From: a virus
DNA length: 64,000 nt
Direction: 5' to 3' (one strand)
Virus record (IMG/VR): IMGVR_UViG_3300005549_000002
Location: 8,613-72,612 of that record
The notes beneath the pieces were generated by a model that was given only the letters and a program-made list of their open reading frames with translations, did no database searches and was not told the DNA's origin. Shown piece by piece: positions 9,877 through 18,945 of this stretch. The translations under genes and the position numbers were made by a program. Numbering within the stretch: the stretch's first letter is position 1; every line of letters starts with the position of its first letter.

Positions 9877-11262
9877 GTGCCTTACGACTCACCGCCGACG
9901 ACCGTCGCGCCGCGCGGCGGCGCCCCCGGCGAGCCGCCCGAGACGCCGCTGCTCGTGCGCTTTCCCGGGCTCGGGCGCGAGACGACATCGATCACCGCCT
10001 GGTCCATCGACTCGAACTACATGACCTCGACCGACGGGTTCGAGTTCACCCTCTACGACGAGAACATCGAGAACACCCGGCACCTCGAGCTTCAGCCCGT
10101 GGAGCTCATCGTCAACGGCCAATCGCGCCTCATCGGCCGCATTGACCACACGCGGCGCGGCGACGACGGCCTTGCCATTACGTGCATGGGGCGCGACTTC
10201 ATCGGCGACATCCTCGAGTGTAACGTCGATCCGCTGCTCAAGATCAAGGAGGGCGACGAGCTGCTCAACGCCATCACGACCGCGGCCGGGCCCGCCGGCA
10301 TCAACGCCGTCTTCGACGACGACGGCGCCATGCGGGAGCTCCGGGCCGGCCGCAAGGTGAAGGTCCGGCAGAAAAAACCGAGCAAGAAAAAGAAGAAGTT
10401 GAACGAGTACAAGCCGATGCCCGGTCAGGGCATGTATGAGTTCCTCAACAAGATCAGCGCGCGCGAGGGCGTCACGCTGCAGGCCGGGCCGAACCGCAAC
10501 ACGCTCGTGATTTCGAGCCCGAACTACGACCAGGATCCGCTCTACCGGATCTTCCGGACGCGCGACCAGCTGACCGGTGCCCATAACAACATCGAGAGCG
10601 CCGTCGCCGACCGCGATTTTTCCAAGATGCCGACGTACGTGATCGTGCAGGGCGCGTATGCCAAGCCCGGGCAGAAGGGCGATCGCTTCACCCAGATGTT
10701 CGACATGTGGAGCATTTCGGCCCGGTTCGTGAGCGAGCTCGGTAGGAGCCTGCAGGACGTCACGGTGTCGAGCCGATGGGTGCCGGGCCAGAATCCGGCC
10801 GAGGAGGTGCTGCGCGGCGCGCTCTACCGGCTGCTCGTCATCCGCGACGACGACGCGCGCAGCGCCGAGCAAATCGAAAAATCGGCCAAGCGCGCCATCG
10901 CCGAGCGCATGAAGGACACGCTCGAGTACCGCGTCACCTTGAAGGGGCACATCGCCCCCGACTCGGGCGCGCTCTATTCCCAGGACACGATGATCCAGGT
11001 CGACGACGAGATTGCCGATTTGCACGAGGTGCTCTGGGTCGCGGGCGCGCGCCTCAGCTACAAGCCGCGCGAGGGCCCGAAGACCGATCTCGTGTGCTGG
11101 CGCCCGGAGTCGTTCCTGATCGACGAGCCGTACCAGCCCGGGGACTCGGGGCCGCCGAAGAAGAAGAAGGAGCCCGAAAAGAAACCCGAGGACAAGATCG
11201 CGCCGCTCATCGATTTGACGGGCGTGGCCCGCGACGACGACGAGGTGCAGCGAAAACTATGA
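9877..11262 (+). CDS. Baseplate hub protein (Mu gpP-like)
   Basis: SIDSNYMTSTDGFEFTL, GRDFIGDILEC motifs; position. Confidence 0.75.
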   Translation: MPYDSPPTTVAPRGGAPGEPPETPLLVRFPGLGRETTSITAWSIDSNYMTSTDGFEFTLYDENIENTRHLELQPVELIVNGQSRLIGRIDHTRRGDDGLAITCMGRDFIGDILECNVDPLLKIKEGDELLNAITTAAGPAGINAVFDDDGAMRELRAGRKVKVRQKKPSKKKKKLNEYKPMPGQGMYEFLNKISAREGVTLQAGPNRNTLVISSPNYDQDPLYRIFRTRDQLTGAHNNIESAVADRDFSKMPTYVIVQGAYAKPGQKGDRFTQMFDMWSISARFVSELGRSLQDVTVSSRWVPGQNPAEEVLRGALYRLLVIRDDDARSAEQIEKSAKRAIAERMKDTLEYRVTLKGHIAPDSGALYSQDTMIQVDDEIADLHEVLWVAGARLSYKPREGPKTDLVCWRPESFLIDEPYQPGDSGPPKKKKEPEKKPEDKIAPLIDLTGVARDDDEVQRKL

Positions 11263-11930
11263 GCGATGCCGTCGTCGTCGTCCTCGGAGCCTCGCACGTC
11301 ACGGCCGAAGGAGTGCCGCTCATCCAGGCGGTCAACCCTATCGGCAATAGCAACGACGACGTCGAGCCGTTCGGCGAAGTCGCCTCCTACCAGGTGCTCG
11401 GCGTCACGTCGCTCCCGTGGCCGACGACCAAGGAGGGGCACGCCGAGGGGCTCGTCATCGTCAACGTGGGCGGGCATGACGCCGTCCTCGTCGGCGCGCG
11501 CGATCTTCGCACGGCGAAAATCGTCGGCAAGATGGGGCCCGGTGACACCGTCCTGCACAGCACGGGGCCCGAGCAGGCCGCGCAGGTGCAGCTCAAGGAA
11601 AAAAAGCGGCAGGTCGTGCTCGCCACGAAGGACTCGTCGGGCGAGACCATGATGGTCATCCTCGACGGCAAGAACGACGCCGTCCAGATCGTCGGTGCGG
11701 GGCATGCGTTCAAGATGTCGCGCAAGGACGGCATCTCGCTCGTCGACAGCTCCGGCAAAGCCGGCATCCAGATCAAGGACGGCGTGGTCAGCATCTTCGG
11801 CGCCCTCGTGTTCGGGGGCCGCACCCCCGATCCCGCGTTCAAGTTCATGCTCGGCCCGGCGACGGGTTCCCCCGGCGCGGCTGCTTCGACGCCGATGATC
11901 GCAGCGCCCGGGATCTCGCTCGGGCGATGA
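11259..11930 (+). CDS. Baseplate spike protein (Mu gp45-like)
   Basis: GVTSLP..EGLVI..GARD..GPGDTVLHS; ATGA overlap. Confidence 0.65.
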   Translation: MSDAVVVVLGASHVTAEGVPLIQAVNPIGNSNDDVEPFGEVASYQVLGVTSLPWPTTKEGHAEGLVIVNVGGHDAVLVGARDLRTAKIVGKMGPGDTVLHSTGPEQAAQVQLKEKKRQVVLATKDSSGETMMVILDGKNDAVQIVGAGHAFKMSRKDGISLVDSSGKAGIQIKDGVVSIFGALVFGGRTPDPAFKFMLGPATGSPGAAASTPMIAAPGISLGR

Positions 11931-12244
11931 GCTGCAACTTCAAGCTGCCGACCGTCGCGCTGCCGCTGCCGTCGCTCGCGCTCCCGAAAATACCGGCGCT
12001 CCCGTCCTTCGACCTGCCCGACGTCGACTTCCCGATCAACTTGAAGCTGCCGAAGATCGCGCTGCCGCTGCCGTCGCTGTCCTTGCCGAAAATACCGGCG
12101 CTGCCCTCCTTCGCGCTGCCCGATCTCGGCGAGCTCGGCATCAAGCTGCCGAAACTCCCGACGGTCGCGCTGCCCATCCCCTCGTTCGGCCTGCCGAAGA
12201 TCCCGAGCCTTCCGACCTTCAAGCTCGAGTGCCCGTTTGACTAG
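11927..12244 (+). CDS. Leu/Pro-rich protein of three tandem ~33-aa repeats
   Basis: KLP(T/K)(V/I)ALP(L/I)PS..LPKIP x3; ATGA-coupled. Confidence 0.55.
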   Translation: MSCNFKLPTVALPLPSLALPKIPALPSFDLPDVDFPINLKLPKIALPLPSLSLPKIPALPSFALPDLGELGIKLPKLPTVALPIPSFGLPKIPSLPTFKLECPFD

Positions 12245-13080
12245 GGCGTCACCGTCCACGTGCAGGGCGGGGGCAAGCACCCGACGCGGCCGAGCGCGTC
12301 GTTCGCCGTCACGCTGATCTCGTTGACGCCAAGCGTGAAAATGATTGGGTCGGTTCCGCCCGCCCCGTGAAACGCGATCTCGTGGCCGGTCGTCGCCGTG
12401 CTCGGCACGCCCATGTAGGTTCTTACCATCGCGCCGTTCTTCACGGTCATCACGCCGTCGACGAAGCGGTCCTGAAAGGGACTCGCGATGGGGCTCCGAA
12501 GTCGGATCTCGCTGAATTGGTAGCTACCGCCCGGCGCGCTCGTCGTCGCGCCGCAGAGAGGGTGGGGGTACGTCGAGATGGGCACCCCCTCGAGCTCGAA
12601 CGCGCCGCAAGGCGGCGGGCCCGTGTCGATCGCCCCGTCGACGGCGCCGTCGACGCCCGCATCGGGAGCTCGGTCCGGTTGGCTGTCGGGCGCCCCGCCC
12701 TCGCTGTCGCCGCTGTCGGGCGCGCGGTCGAATCCGCCCACATCTGTCCCCGCTTCGGGCCCTCCTTCCGCGCCGCTGTCGATGGCGTCCAGGCCGCCCT
12801 CGCCGCCCTCAGGCGACCTCGCGTCCGGCATGGCGCCCGCTTCCACCCCAGCCTCTTGGGCGGCCTCGCTGCCGGCGTCGAGCGAAGCGTTGCCCCCTTC
12901 TGCGGCGCTCGCGCCCGCGGCCCCCCCGCCGCTGTCGGGCGCTCCGTCCGGCGGCTCGGGCGGCGGCGCCGTAAACCCCGTCCCCTCGCTGCCAAAGCAC
13001 GCTGCCCCCGCGGCGGCGAGGAGCACGAGGCCCACCCAATTCATCGTTTTCATTCGGAGCGTCCCTATCGCTGTGTTCAT
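12241..13080 (-). CDS. Predicted lipoprotein moron with low-complexity D/G/A linker
   Basis: Hydrophobic signal ending AGAAC; opposite strand inside baseplate operon; own promoter motif. Confidence 0.6.
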   Translation of the reverse strand: MNTAIGTLRMKTMNWVGLVLLAAAGAACFGSEGTGFTAPPPEPPDGAPDSGGGAAGASAAEGGNASLDAGSEAAQEAGVEAGAMPDARSPEGGEGGLDAIDSGAEGGPEAGTDVGGFDRAPDSGDSEGGAPDSQPDRAPDAGVDGAVDGAIDTGPPPCGAFELEGVPISTYPHPLCGATTSAPGGSYQFSEIRLRSPIASPFQDRFVDGVMTVKNGAMVRTYMGVPSTATTGHEIAFHGAGGTDPIIFTLGVNEISVTANDALGRVGCLPPPCTWTVTP

Positions 13081-13087
13081 GAGCGTC

Positions 13088-13115
13088 ATGCTAGCAGAGC
13101 GCTAGCGCAGCGCTA
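13088..13115 (-). promoter_or_regulatory. Repeated promoter motif, copy 1 (leaderless)
   Basis: TAGCGC-TGCGCTAGCGCTCTGC-TAGCAT-N7-ATG. Confidence 0.55.
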
Positions 13116-13188
13116 GCAGACGCCCCAATTCCCACACCCGCTCGTACGGCCCTTCTCGCGGGGGGCCGGAGAGGACCGCCCGTTCAGC

Positions 13189-13629
13189 ATGCCCGGTTTT
13201 GGCGTCTATCCCTCCTGCGTCTCGCCCTACGGGCTCGGCACCCCCACGCCGGCCGCCGAACCGGCGAGCGGTCCCGCCGGATCGCGGTACATCAACCCCG
13301 CGACGGGCGACTACGAGCAGGACCCGACGACCCGGCAGCTCGCGCAGATGCCGACGACGCGCCAGCGCGTGCTGCTCGCGGTCAAGACGCTGCAGAGCTC
13401 CATCTCCGTCAAGCGCACCTTCGGCATCAAGCTGCCGCGCAAGATGGGCACCCTCTTCGATTCCGAGATGAAGCAAGCGGTTCGCTCCGCGCTTCACCAC
13501 CTCACCGACGACGAGGCGGTCATCCGCATCGACGGCATCACCGTCGTGCGCGGCCGCGCGGGGCGTTCGGAGACGACGATCGAATGGTTCGATCTCGAAA
13601 CCGGCAAGTCCGATTCGCTGAGCTTCTAA
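13189..13629 (+). CDS. Baseplate wedge/sheath initiator (gp46/gp25-like)
   Basis: 146 aa directly before baseplate J. Confidence 0.55.
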   Translation: MPGFGVYPSCVSPYGLGTPTPAAEPASGPAGSRYINPATGDYEQDPTTRQLAQMPTTRQRVLLAVKTLQSSISVKRTFGIKLPRKMGTLFDSEMKQAVRSALHHLTDDEAVIRIDGITVVRGRAGRSETTIEWFDLETGKSDSLSF

Positions 13630-13633
13630 AAAA

Positions 13634-15142
13634 ATGGCCGATCTCTACCAGCCCGCAAACGCCGACGAGCTCAAGGGGCAGTTCCTGCGCGACGTGCGCC
13701 TCGGCGCGATCGACGCCGGGCTCGCGGAGCCGCCGACCACCCCCGGAACCGACTGGGATCTGCTCGCGACCGCCGTCGCCAACATGGGCCTACTCGGCTT
13801 CGCCAACGTCAACGCGATCGAGGACGACGCCAATATCTTGAACGCGACGGGGCAGGCGCTCGAGGACGCGCGCAAGGCGGAGGGGCTGCCCGAGGTGCCG
13901 CCGGCGGGCGCGACCGGCAAGCTCGTCATTTCGGTCGAGGGCGTGACCACGATCGTCAACGGGCTCGAGTTCACCTACCCGAGCGGGCTTCGCGGGCGCG
14001 TGACGAGCGGCTACGTGAACCCCGCCGACCAGTCGGAGGTCAACGTCGCCGCGATCGACACCGGGCTCAATTCGAACCTGCGCGCGGGCGAGATCGTCCG
14101 GTTCAAAAACCCGCCCGTGAACCTGTCCGTCGAGGCGAAGGTCTCCACGGGCGAGCCGCTCACGGGCGGGACCGAAGAGGAGAGCGACGACCGCAAGCGC
14201 GATCGCATCCTCAACGTCCGGCGCAACAAACCCGCGGGCGGCAACTGGGCGCACATCCGCCAGATCGTCCTCGATGCGCTCGGCTCGGTGCAGGACGTGT
14301 ACGTCTACCCGGCGCTTGGCGGGCCGGGCTCGGTCAAGGTCGTGCCCGTCAAGGACTTCGATCTCACGCAGGATGATTTCTCGCGCGCGCTCTCGAGCAC
14401 GGCGCTCGATGTCGTCCGGCTCGCGATCCAATCGAACCTGCCGACGCCGCAGGAGGTTGTCGTCAACGCCGTCGTGAACCAGGTGGCGGACTTCACCATC
14501 AAGCTCACCATTCCCGACAGCACGCTCGCTGGCGGCAACGGTCGGGGCTGGTCCGATCCGGCGCCGTGGCCGCGGCTCGTCGGCGCGGAAACCTCGACGC
14601 CGATCACGGCCATCAACGCGACCTACGACGTGATCACCGTCGACGCCGACACGACCGTGGCGCCCATCCCCGGCCTTACGCACGTCGCCTGGTGGTCGCA
14701 GGTCGATCGCAAGTTTTACCAGGCCCTCGTGCTCGCCCAAGCGGGCGCGGCGGGCGCGTGGCTGCTCACGCTCGACCGGCCCCTCGTCGGAAAAAACGGG
14801 GCGGGCCCCGTCGTCGGCGGCACGGGCGATTTCGTCTGCCCGGCGGCCGAGAGCATCGACCTTTACGGCGCCGCCTGGGTCGACATCTTTCGCTCGCTCG
14901 GGCCGGGCGAGAACACCACCGACGCGGGCCGCCTGCCGCGCGCGAAGCGCCACCCGTACGTGAGCGACGAGGATCCGTCGACGCTCACGAACTCCGTCCT
15001 GACCAAGCTCGTGCAGAAGTTCCCCGAGATCACCGACATCGAATACGGCCTGAAGTCGCCTGCGGCGCCGACGGTGCCGGCCTCGGTCGTCACCGCCCCG
15101 AACGTCCTCGTCCCCCGGCGCCTCGCGTTCTACCCGATCTGA
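13634..15142 (+). CDS. Baseplate J-like protein
   Basis: NATGQALE, LTGGTEEESD, PAGGN, VYVYPALGGPGSVKV motifs. Confidence 0.85.
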   Translation: MADLYQPANADELKGQFLRDVRLGAIDAGLAEPPTTPGTDWDLLATAVANMGLLGFANVNAIEDDANILNATGQALEDARKAEGLPEVPPAGATGKLVISVEGVTTIVNGLEFTYPSGLRGRVTSGYVNPADQSEVNVAAIDTGLNSNLRAGEIVRFKNPPVNLSVEAKVSTGEPLTGGTEEESDDRKRDRILNVRRNKPAGGNWAHIRQIVLDALGSVQDVYVYPALGGPGSVKVVPVKDFDLTQDDFSRALSSTALDVVRLAIQSNLPTPQEVVVNAVVNQVADFTIKLTIPDSTLAGGNGRGWSDPAPWPRLVGAETSTPITAINATYDVITVDADTTVAPIPGLTHVAWWSQVDRKFYQALVLAQAGAAGAWLLTLDRPLVGKNGAGPVVGGTGDFVCPAAESIDLYGAAWVDIFRSLGPGENTTDAGRLPRAKRHPYVSDEDPSTLTNSVLTKLVQKFPEITDIEYGLKSPAAPTVPASVVTAPNVLVPRRLAFYPI

Positions 15143-15678
15143 TGGCCATTACACCGAACGGACTGCCGGCTTGGACGCGCACCGCCAGCCACACCAACTA
15201 CGGCGGCGACACCAACAAGCGCAACTACCTATCGCGCGGCGTGATCGATGCCCTGACCGACGTCGGCGCCGAGGCGATTTGCCGCATGGCCGCGGACATG
15301 GAAGCGATCGTGCGCGTCGCGCCCTTCGCGACCATCACCTACCTTTGCGTCGACGGCGCGCCGGCCGCGCCGACGATCGAAACCGTTTTCATGATGACGG
15401 GCGTCCGGCTGACGAGCTACGTCGGCGACGCGGCGCCCGCCGGCTACCCGGCGGCCGCGCGCAATGGCAACGGCGACGTCACCTTCACGTTCCTCGCGTC
15501 GTACACGGATCCGTACGGCGTCGCCGGCACGTACGCCCCGAAGCATGCCACGGCCCAGATCCACAGCGCGACCGCGGGCGAGCCCGTAGTCATCATCGCG
15601 GCCCAGACGGTGCGGGTGCGCGCGTTCAACGGCGGCGCGGCGCTCGCGAGCCCGCGCGTCACCCTCGTGGTGTGGTGA
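15142..15678 (+). CDS. Hypothetical baseplate/tail protein
   Basis: TGATG overlap; start MAITPNG. Confidence 0.5.
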   Translation: MAITPNGLPAWTRTASHTNYGGDTNKRNYLSRGVIDALTDVGAEAICRMAADMEAIVRVAPFATITYLCVDGAPAAPTIETVFMMTGVRLTSYVGDAAPAGYPAAARNGNGDVTFTFLASYTDPYGVAGTYAPKHATAQIHSATAGEPVVIIAAQTVRVRAFNGGAALASPRVTLVVW

Positions 15679-15679
15679 G

Positions 15680-16126
15680 ATGCCGCTCGGCGCCTTCGCA
15701 CCCTTGCCGCTACGCCTCGGGGGCGACGCGCTCGAGGGCTTCGACGCCCGCTCGCACGCGCGCCTTTGCGCGGATCTGGTCGCCGCCAAGCTCGGCGCGT
15801 TCCTCGCGGTCTTCTCCTACACCAAGGTCGGCGCGACGGTTGTGATCCGCGACTACTACGGCCAGAACGGCGCCGGCAGCGCCTACGCGCCCGACAGCGT
15901 GACGGTCGTCGGCACGGGCGAAGTCACCTTCAAGTGGTCGGCGCGGCAGTTCACCGATCCGTACCTCATCGAGCGCCCCATCAACGCGAAGGCGGGCCGG
16001 GCGACCGCCCACAATACGGCGTCCGTTCGCTGCGAGGTCACGGTCATCGCCAACGGCGTGACGGTCAAGACGTTCGATGCCGCCGGCGCGGCCGTCGACT
16101 CGGGCGCCACCGTGGTGCTCGCGTAA
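15680..16126 (+). CDS. Hypothetical tail protein
   Basis: Coupled beta-rich ORF. Confidence 0.5.
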   Translation: MPLGAFAPLPLRLGGDALEGFDARSHARLCADLVAAKLGAFLAVFSYTKVGATVVIRDYYGQNGAGSAYAPDSVTVVGTGEVTFKWSARQFTDPYLIERPINAKAGRATAHNTASVRCEVTVIANGVTVKTFDAAGAAVDSGATVVLA

Positions 16127-16902
16127 TGGCTGTCATCGTTATCACGGCGGTGCCGACGGGCGAGCCGGCCTGGACGCGCCGGGCCGCTATTGGCGACTAC
16201 GACGGCGCGCTCGACAAGGAAGACTCGACGACCGAGGCGCTGATCCCGTACGCGGGGCAGTGGTACCGCGAGCTCCACGCGATGCGCGGCTCGGCGTACA
16301 CCCAGAAACCGCACACGCTGGTCGACGCCGAGAACGTTGCGATCGCGCGGTTCATGTCCGGCGTTTTCAGCCGCACGCCCGAGAAAGCGCGCGCCAATGC
16401 GACGCCGCTCCGCTGCGATGAGAAACTCGAGTACTGGGTCGAGGTCATGCGGCTGCCGTACCGCACCGGCGAGCAGCGCTGGCAGATGCGCGATCGCGCG
16501 CGCGCGCACTACCGGGCCGCCAACGGCCCGACGATCCAGAACGTGATCGACGCGCTCGACGCGCTGCTCGGCGACGCGCTGGTCGGCGTGACGCACCCCG
16601 AGGGGGTCGATCTGGCGACGCCGCCGACGCACACGTTCTGGCCCATCATCAATCCCGGCGCGGCGTCGTTCAGCCTCGGCAAGGGCGCGTGGCTCTCCGA
16701 ACGGTGCACGCTCGCCATCGAGACCGACATCCCCGTAGGCATGAGCGACGGCGATTTTTTGCACCTCATGAACGTCGAGATGTTCAGCCTCCTCGACACC
16801 ATGCTGCCGGCGTGGGCTTCGTTCAACTGGGCAACGACCAGCGGTCCAGGCTCCGGATTCTTCCTCGATGTCTCACGGCTCGACTTCGAAGGTCTCACAT
16901 GA
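16126..16902 (+). CDS. Baseplate wedge protein (Mu gp48/YmfQ-like)
   Basis: ANATP..DEKLEYWVEVM, LLDTMLPAW, GFFLDVSRLD motifs. Confidence 0.55.
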   Translation: MAVIVITAVPTGEPAWTRRAAIGDYDGALDKEDSTTEALIPYAGQWYRELHAMRGSAYTQKPHTLVDAENVAIARFMSGVFSRTPEKARANATPLRCDEKLEYWVEVMRLPYRTGEQRWQMRDRARAHYRAANGPTIQNVIDALDALLGDALVGVTHPEGVDLATPPTHTFWPIINPGAASFSLGKGAWLSERCTLAIETDIPVGMSDGDFLHLMNVEMFSLLDTMLPAWASFNWATTSGPGSGFFLDVSRLDFEGLT

Positions 16903-17189
16903 TCCTCACCGACCACTACCCGTCCACCAAAGGGCTCAGCGTCTACAACGCGCTCTCCTTGGCAGGCCGCGACCTCACCCCCGATGAGATCGGGGACTAC
17001 CTCCGAGCGACGTTCGACGAGCGGGTCGACGCCGCCTACGTCGCCGTGGGCATCGACTACCTGGTCAAGCGGGGCTTCGCCGAGCGCGCGCACGGCCTCG
17101 TGGTGATTCCACGCTACGGCGCCGACCGCCATGGCCGCGCGCTCGTGCGCGCCAGAGAAGACATCGATCTCGTCTACGGGAGAGCGTAA
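16899..17189 (+). CDS. Small hypothetical protein (possible winged helix)
   Basis: ATGA overlap; start MILTDHY. Confidence 0.4.
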   Translation: MILTDHYPSTKGLSVYNALSLAGRDLTPDEIGDYLRATFDERVDAAYVAVGIDYLVKRGFAERAHGLVVIPRYGADRHGRALVRAREDIDLVYGRA

Positions 17190-17195
17190 AAATCC

Positions 17196-17804
17196 ATGAC
17201 GTATTCCAGGGTAAAGCCGGCCGGCTGGGCGTTCGGCGAGAAGCTGAGCAGCGCCGAAATGAATACGCTCGACACCGATCACGCCGACGCGATCGACGCG
17301 ACGACGCGAACGCTGGGAGCGTTGCCCCTCAACGTGTCGCGCCGCGGGCAATGGCTGCCCACCGCCGATCTGGCCGCCAACTGGGACACGCTCAACCTGC
17401 AACTCGGCTACGCCGCGTGCACGACCGTCAATGCCAACAGGGTTTTCTGGCCGTTCAGGCTTCCGCACAACGCGACGCTTAACGGCATTGTGGTCGTCAT
17501 CGAACCCGCCGGCGGCCACGCGGCGCTGCCGATCCAGATGCCGGGGTTCGAGCTCATCTCGCTCGACCACTTTGGCGCCGTGACCACGGAGATCCCATTT
17601 GTCGTCGACACGAGCGCGAACGTCGCCGCCTACCAGACGGTTCACGGAATAGCGACGCCACTCGCGCTCACGATCGTCATGTACAACACGAGCAAGCACT
17701 ACACCCTGTGCTTCTCATCGGAGGGCAGCACGAACGCGATCGCCGGGTTGAAGGTCTTTCACTATTACTACGGCTACACGATGACCGTCCTCGACGCCGA
17801 CTGA
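17196..17804 (+). CDS. Tail fibre proximal-type protein
   Basis: WAFGEKLSSAEMNTLD motif typical of baseplate-anchoring N-termini. Confidence 0.5.
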   Translation: MTYSRVKPAGWAFGEKLSSAEMNTLDTDHADAIDATTRTLGALPLNVSRRGQWLPTADLAANWDTLNLQLGYAACTTVNANRVFWPFRLPHNATLNGIVVVIEPAGGHAALPIQMPGFELISLDHFGAVTTEIPFVVDTSANVAAYQTVHGIATPLALTIVMYNTSKHYTLCFSSEGSTNAIAGLKVFHYYYGYTMTVLDAD

Positions 17805-18938
17805 ATGACCACAGTCGCGACGCTGCCCACCTACGCCATGCCGAACGCGGAGGCGCAGGTGATCTTTACCCGCACCGAGTCCGGCTCGAACTACTGCCGG
17901 GTGTGGGTCACGGCCGCGCCCGATGGATCCGAGCTCGACGGCAAGCTCGAGAAAAGTACGCAGAGCCGCTTCCTCGTCTACCAGGGCGACGGCGGCGCAA
18001 CGCAGCCCTGGCGCTTCACCGCGGACAAGGGGGGCGTCTACACCTTCAAGGCGCAGGAATACATGCGCGGCTCGGGCTACGGCGGCGGCTACCAGGGCGA
18101 TCCCGCCGGGGCGCCGAGCGAGACCAAGGTCGGCGCCGAGGCGACGCTCGCGCTCGCCATCGGCAAAAAGGCGACGCAAAAGGTCGGCGTCTCGCCCGAC
18201 ACGGCCACGCTCGTCGTTTGGGTCTGGGACACGACCATCCGGGCGACGCTCCTCGGCGTGCACGGCGAGGCGAGCCCGCGGCTCGAGGCGCAGTCGCCGA
18301 CGGCCCGAACGCTCAGCGCGATGGCGACGCCCGCCGTCCTCACCGCGGTCGCGGCCCTCGCCGACACGACGCAAGCGACGGCGCTCGGAAGCTTGGCGCT
18401 CATCGTCTCGGAGATGGGCACGGACATCAATGCCCATAACGCCCTCGGCGCGACGGCGCACAACGCGGCCGATGCCGACAACGCCATCCCGGTCGAGCTG
18501 CGCTCCTCGCCGTCGCCGCAAACGCTCGCGGAGTTCGTCAACGATGCGCTGCTCAAGATGCGGCGCCACCGCCTGAACGACCACGGGGGCAAGCCCGCCA
18601 TCCCCGAGAACCCGGGCACGGGCTCGGCCGCCTACCACCAGATCGGGGGCGTGCGGCAGGCCGATCTCTTGAACATGCCGCTCTACCAGGGCGTCGCGAG
18701 CCTCGACGAGGCCTACGGCGCGCTCGCCGACATCTGGCGCGCGCACGAGGGGCACCGTGTGAGTACGGCCGTGCACGGGACGGCCGACACGACGACCGGG
18801 CTCGCGGCGCTCCCGAAAGTGCTCGAGGTGCACCGCCAATACTTGACGGTGCTCGCCAGCCTTTCACCTGCGGTACCGCCGGCACAGGCGGCGCTCGTCC
18901 AGGCCCTCGTTTCGACGGCCGGTTTCGAGGAGGCGTAG
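17805..18938 (+). CDS. Hypothetical virion protein
   Basis: 377 aa, adjacent to the previous gene in the tail operon. Confidence 0.5.
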   Translation: MTTVATLPTYAMPNAEAQVIFTRTESGSNYCRVWVTAAPDGSELDGKLEKSTQSRFLVYQGDGGATQPWRFTADKGGVYTFKAQEYMRGSGYGGGYQGDPAGAPSETKVGAEATLALAIGKKATQKVGVSPDTATLVVWVWDTTIRATLLGVHGEASPRLEAQSPTARTLSAMATPAVLTAVAALADTTQATALGSLALIVSEMGTDINAHNALGATAHNAADADNAIPVELRSSPSPQTLAEFVNDALLKMRRHRLNDHGGKPAIPENPGTGSAAYHQIGGVRQADLLNMPLYQGVASLDEAYGALADIWRAHEGHRVSTAVHGTADTTTGLAALPKVLEVHRQYLTVLASLSPAVPPAQAALVQALVSTAGFEEA

Positions 18939-18945
18939 AAAATCG

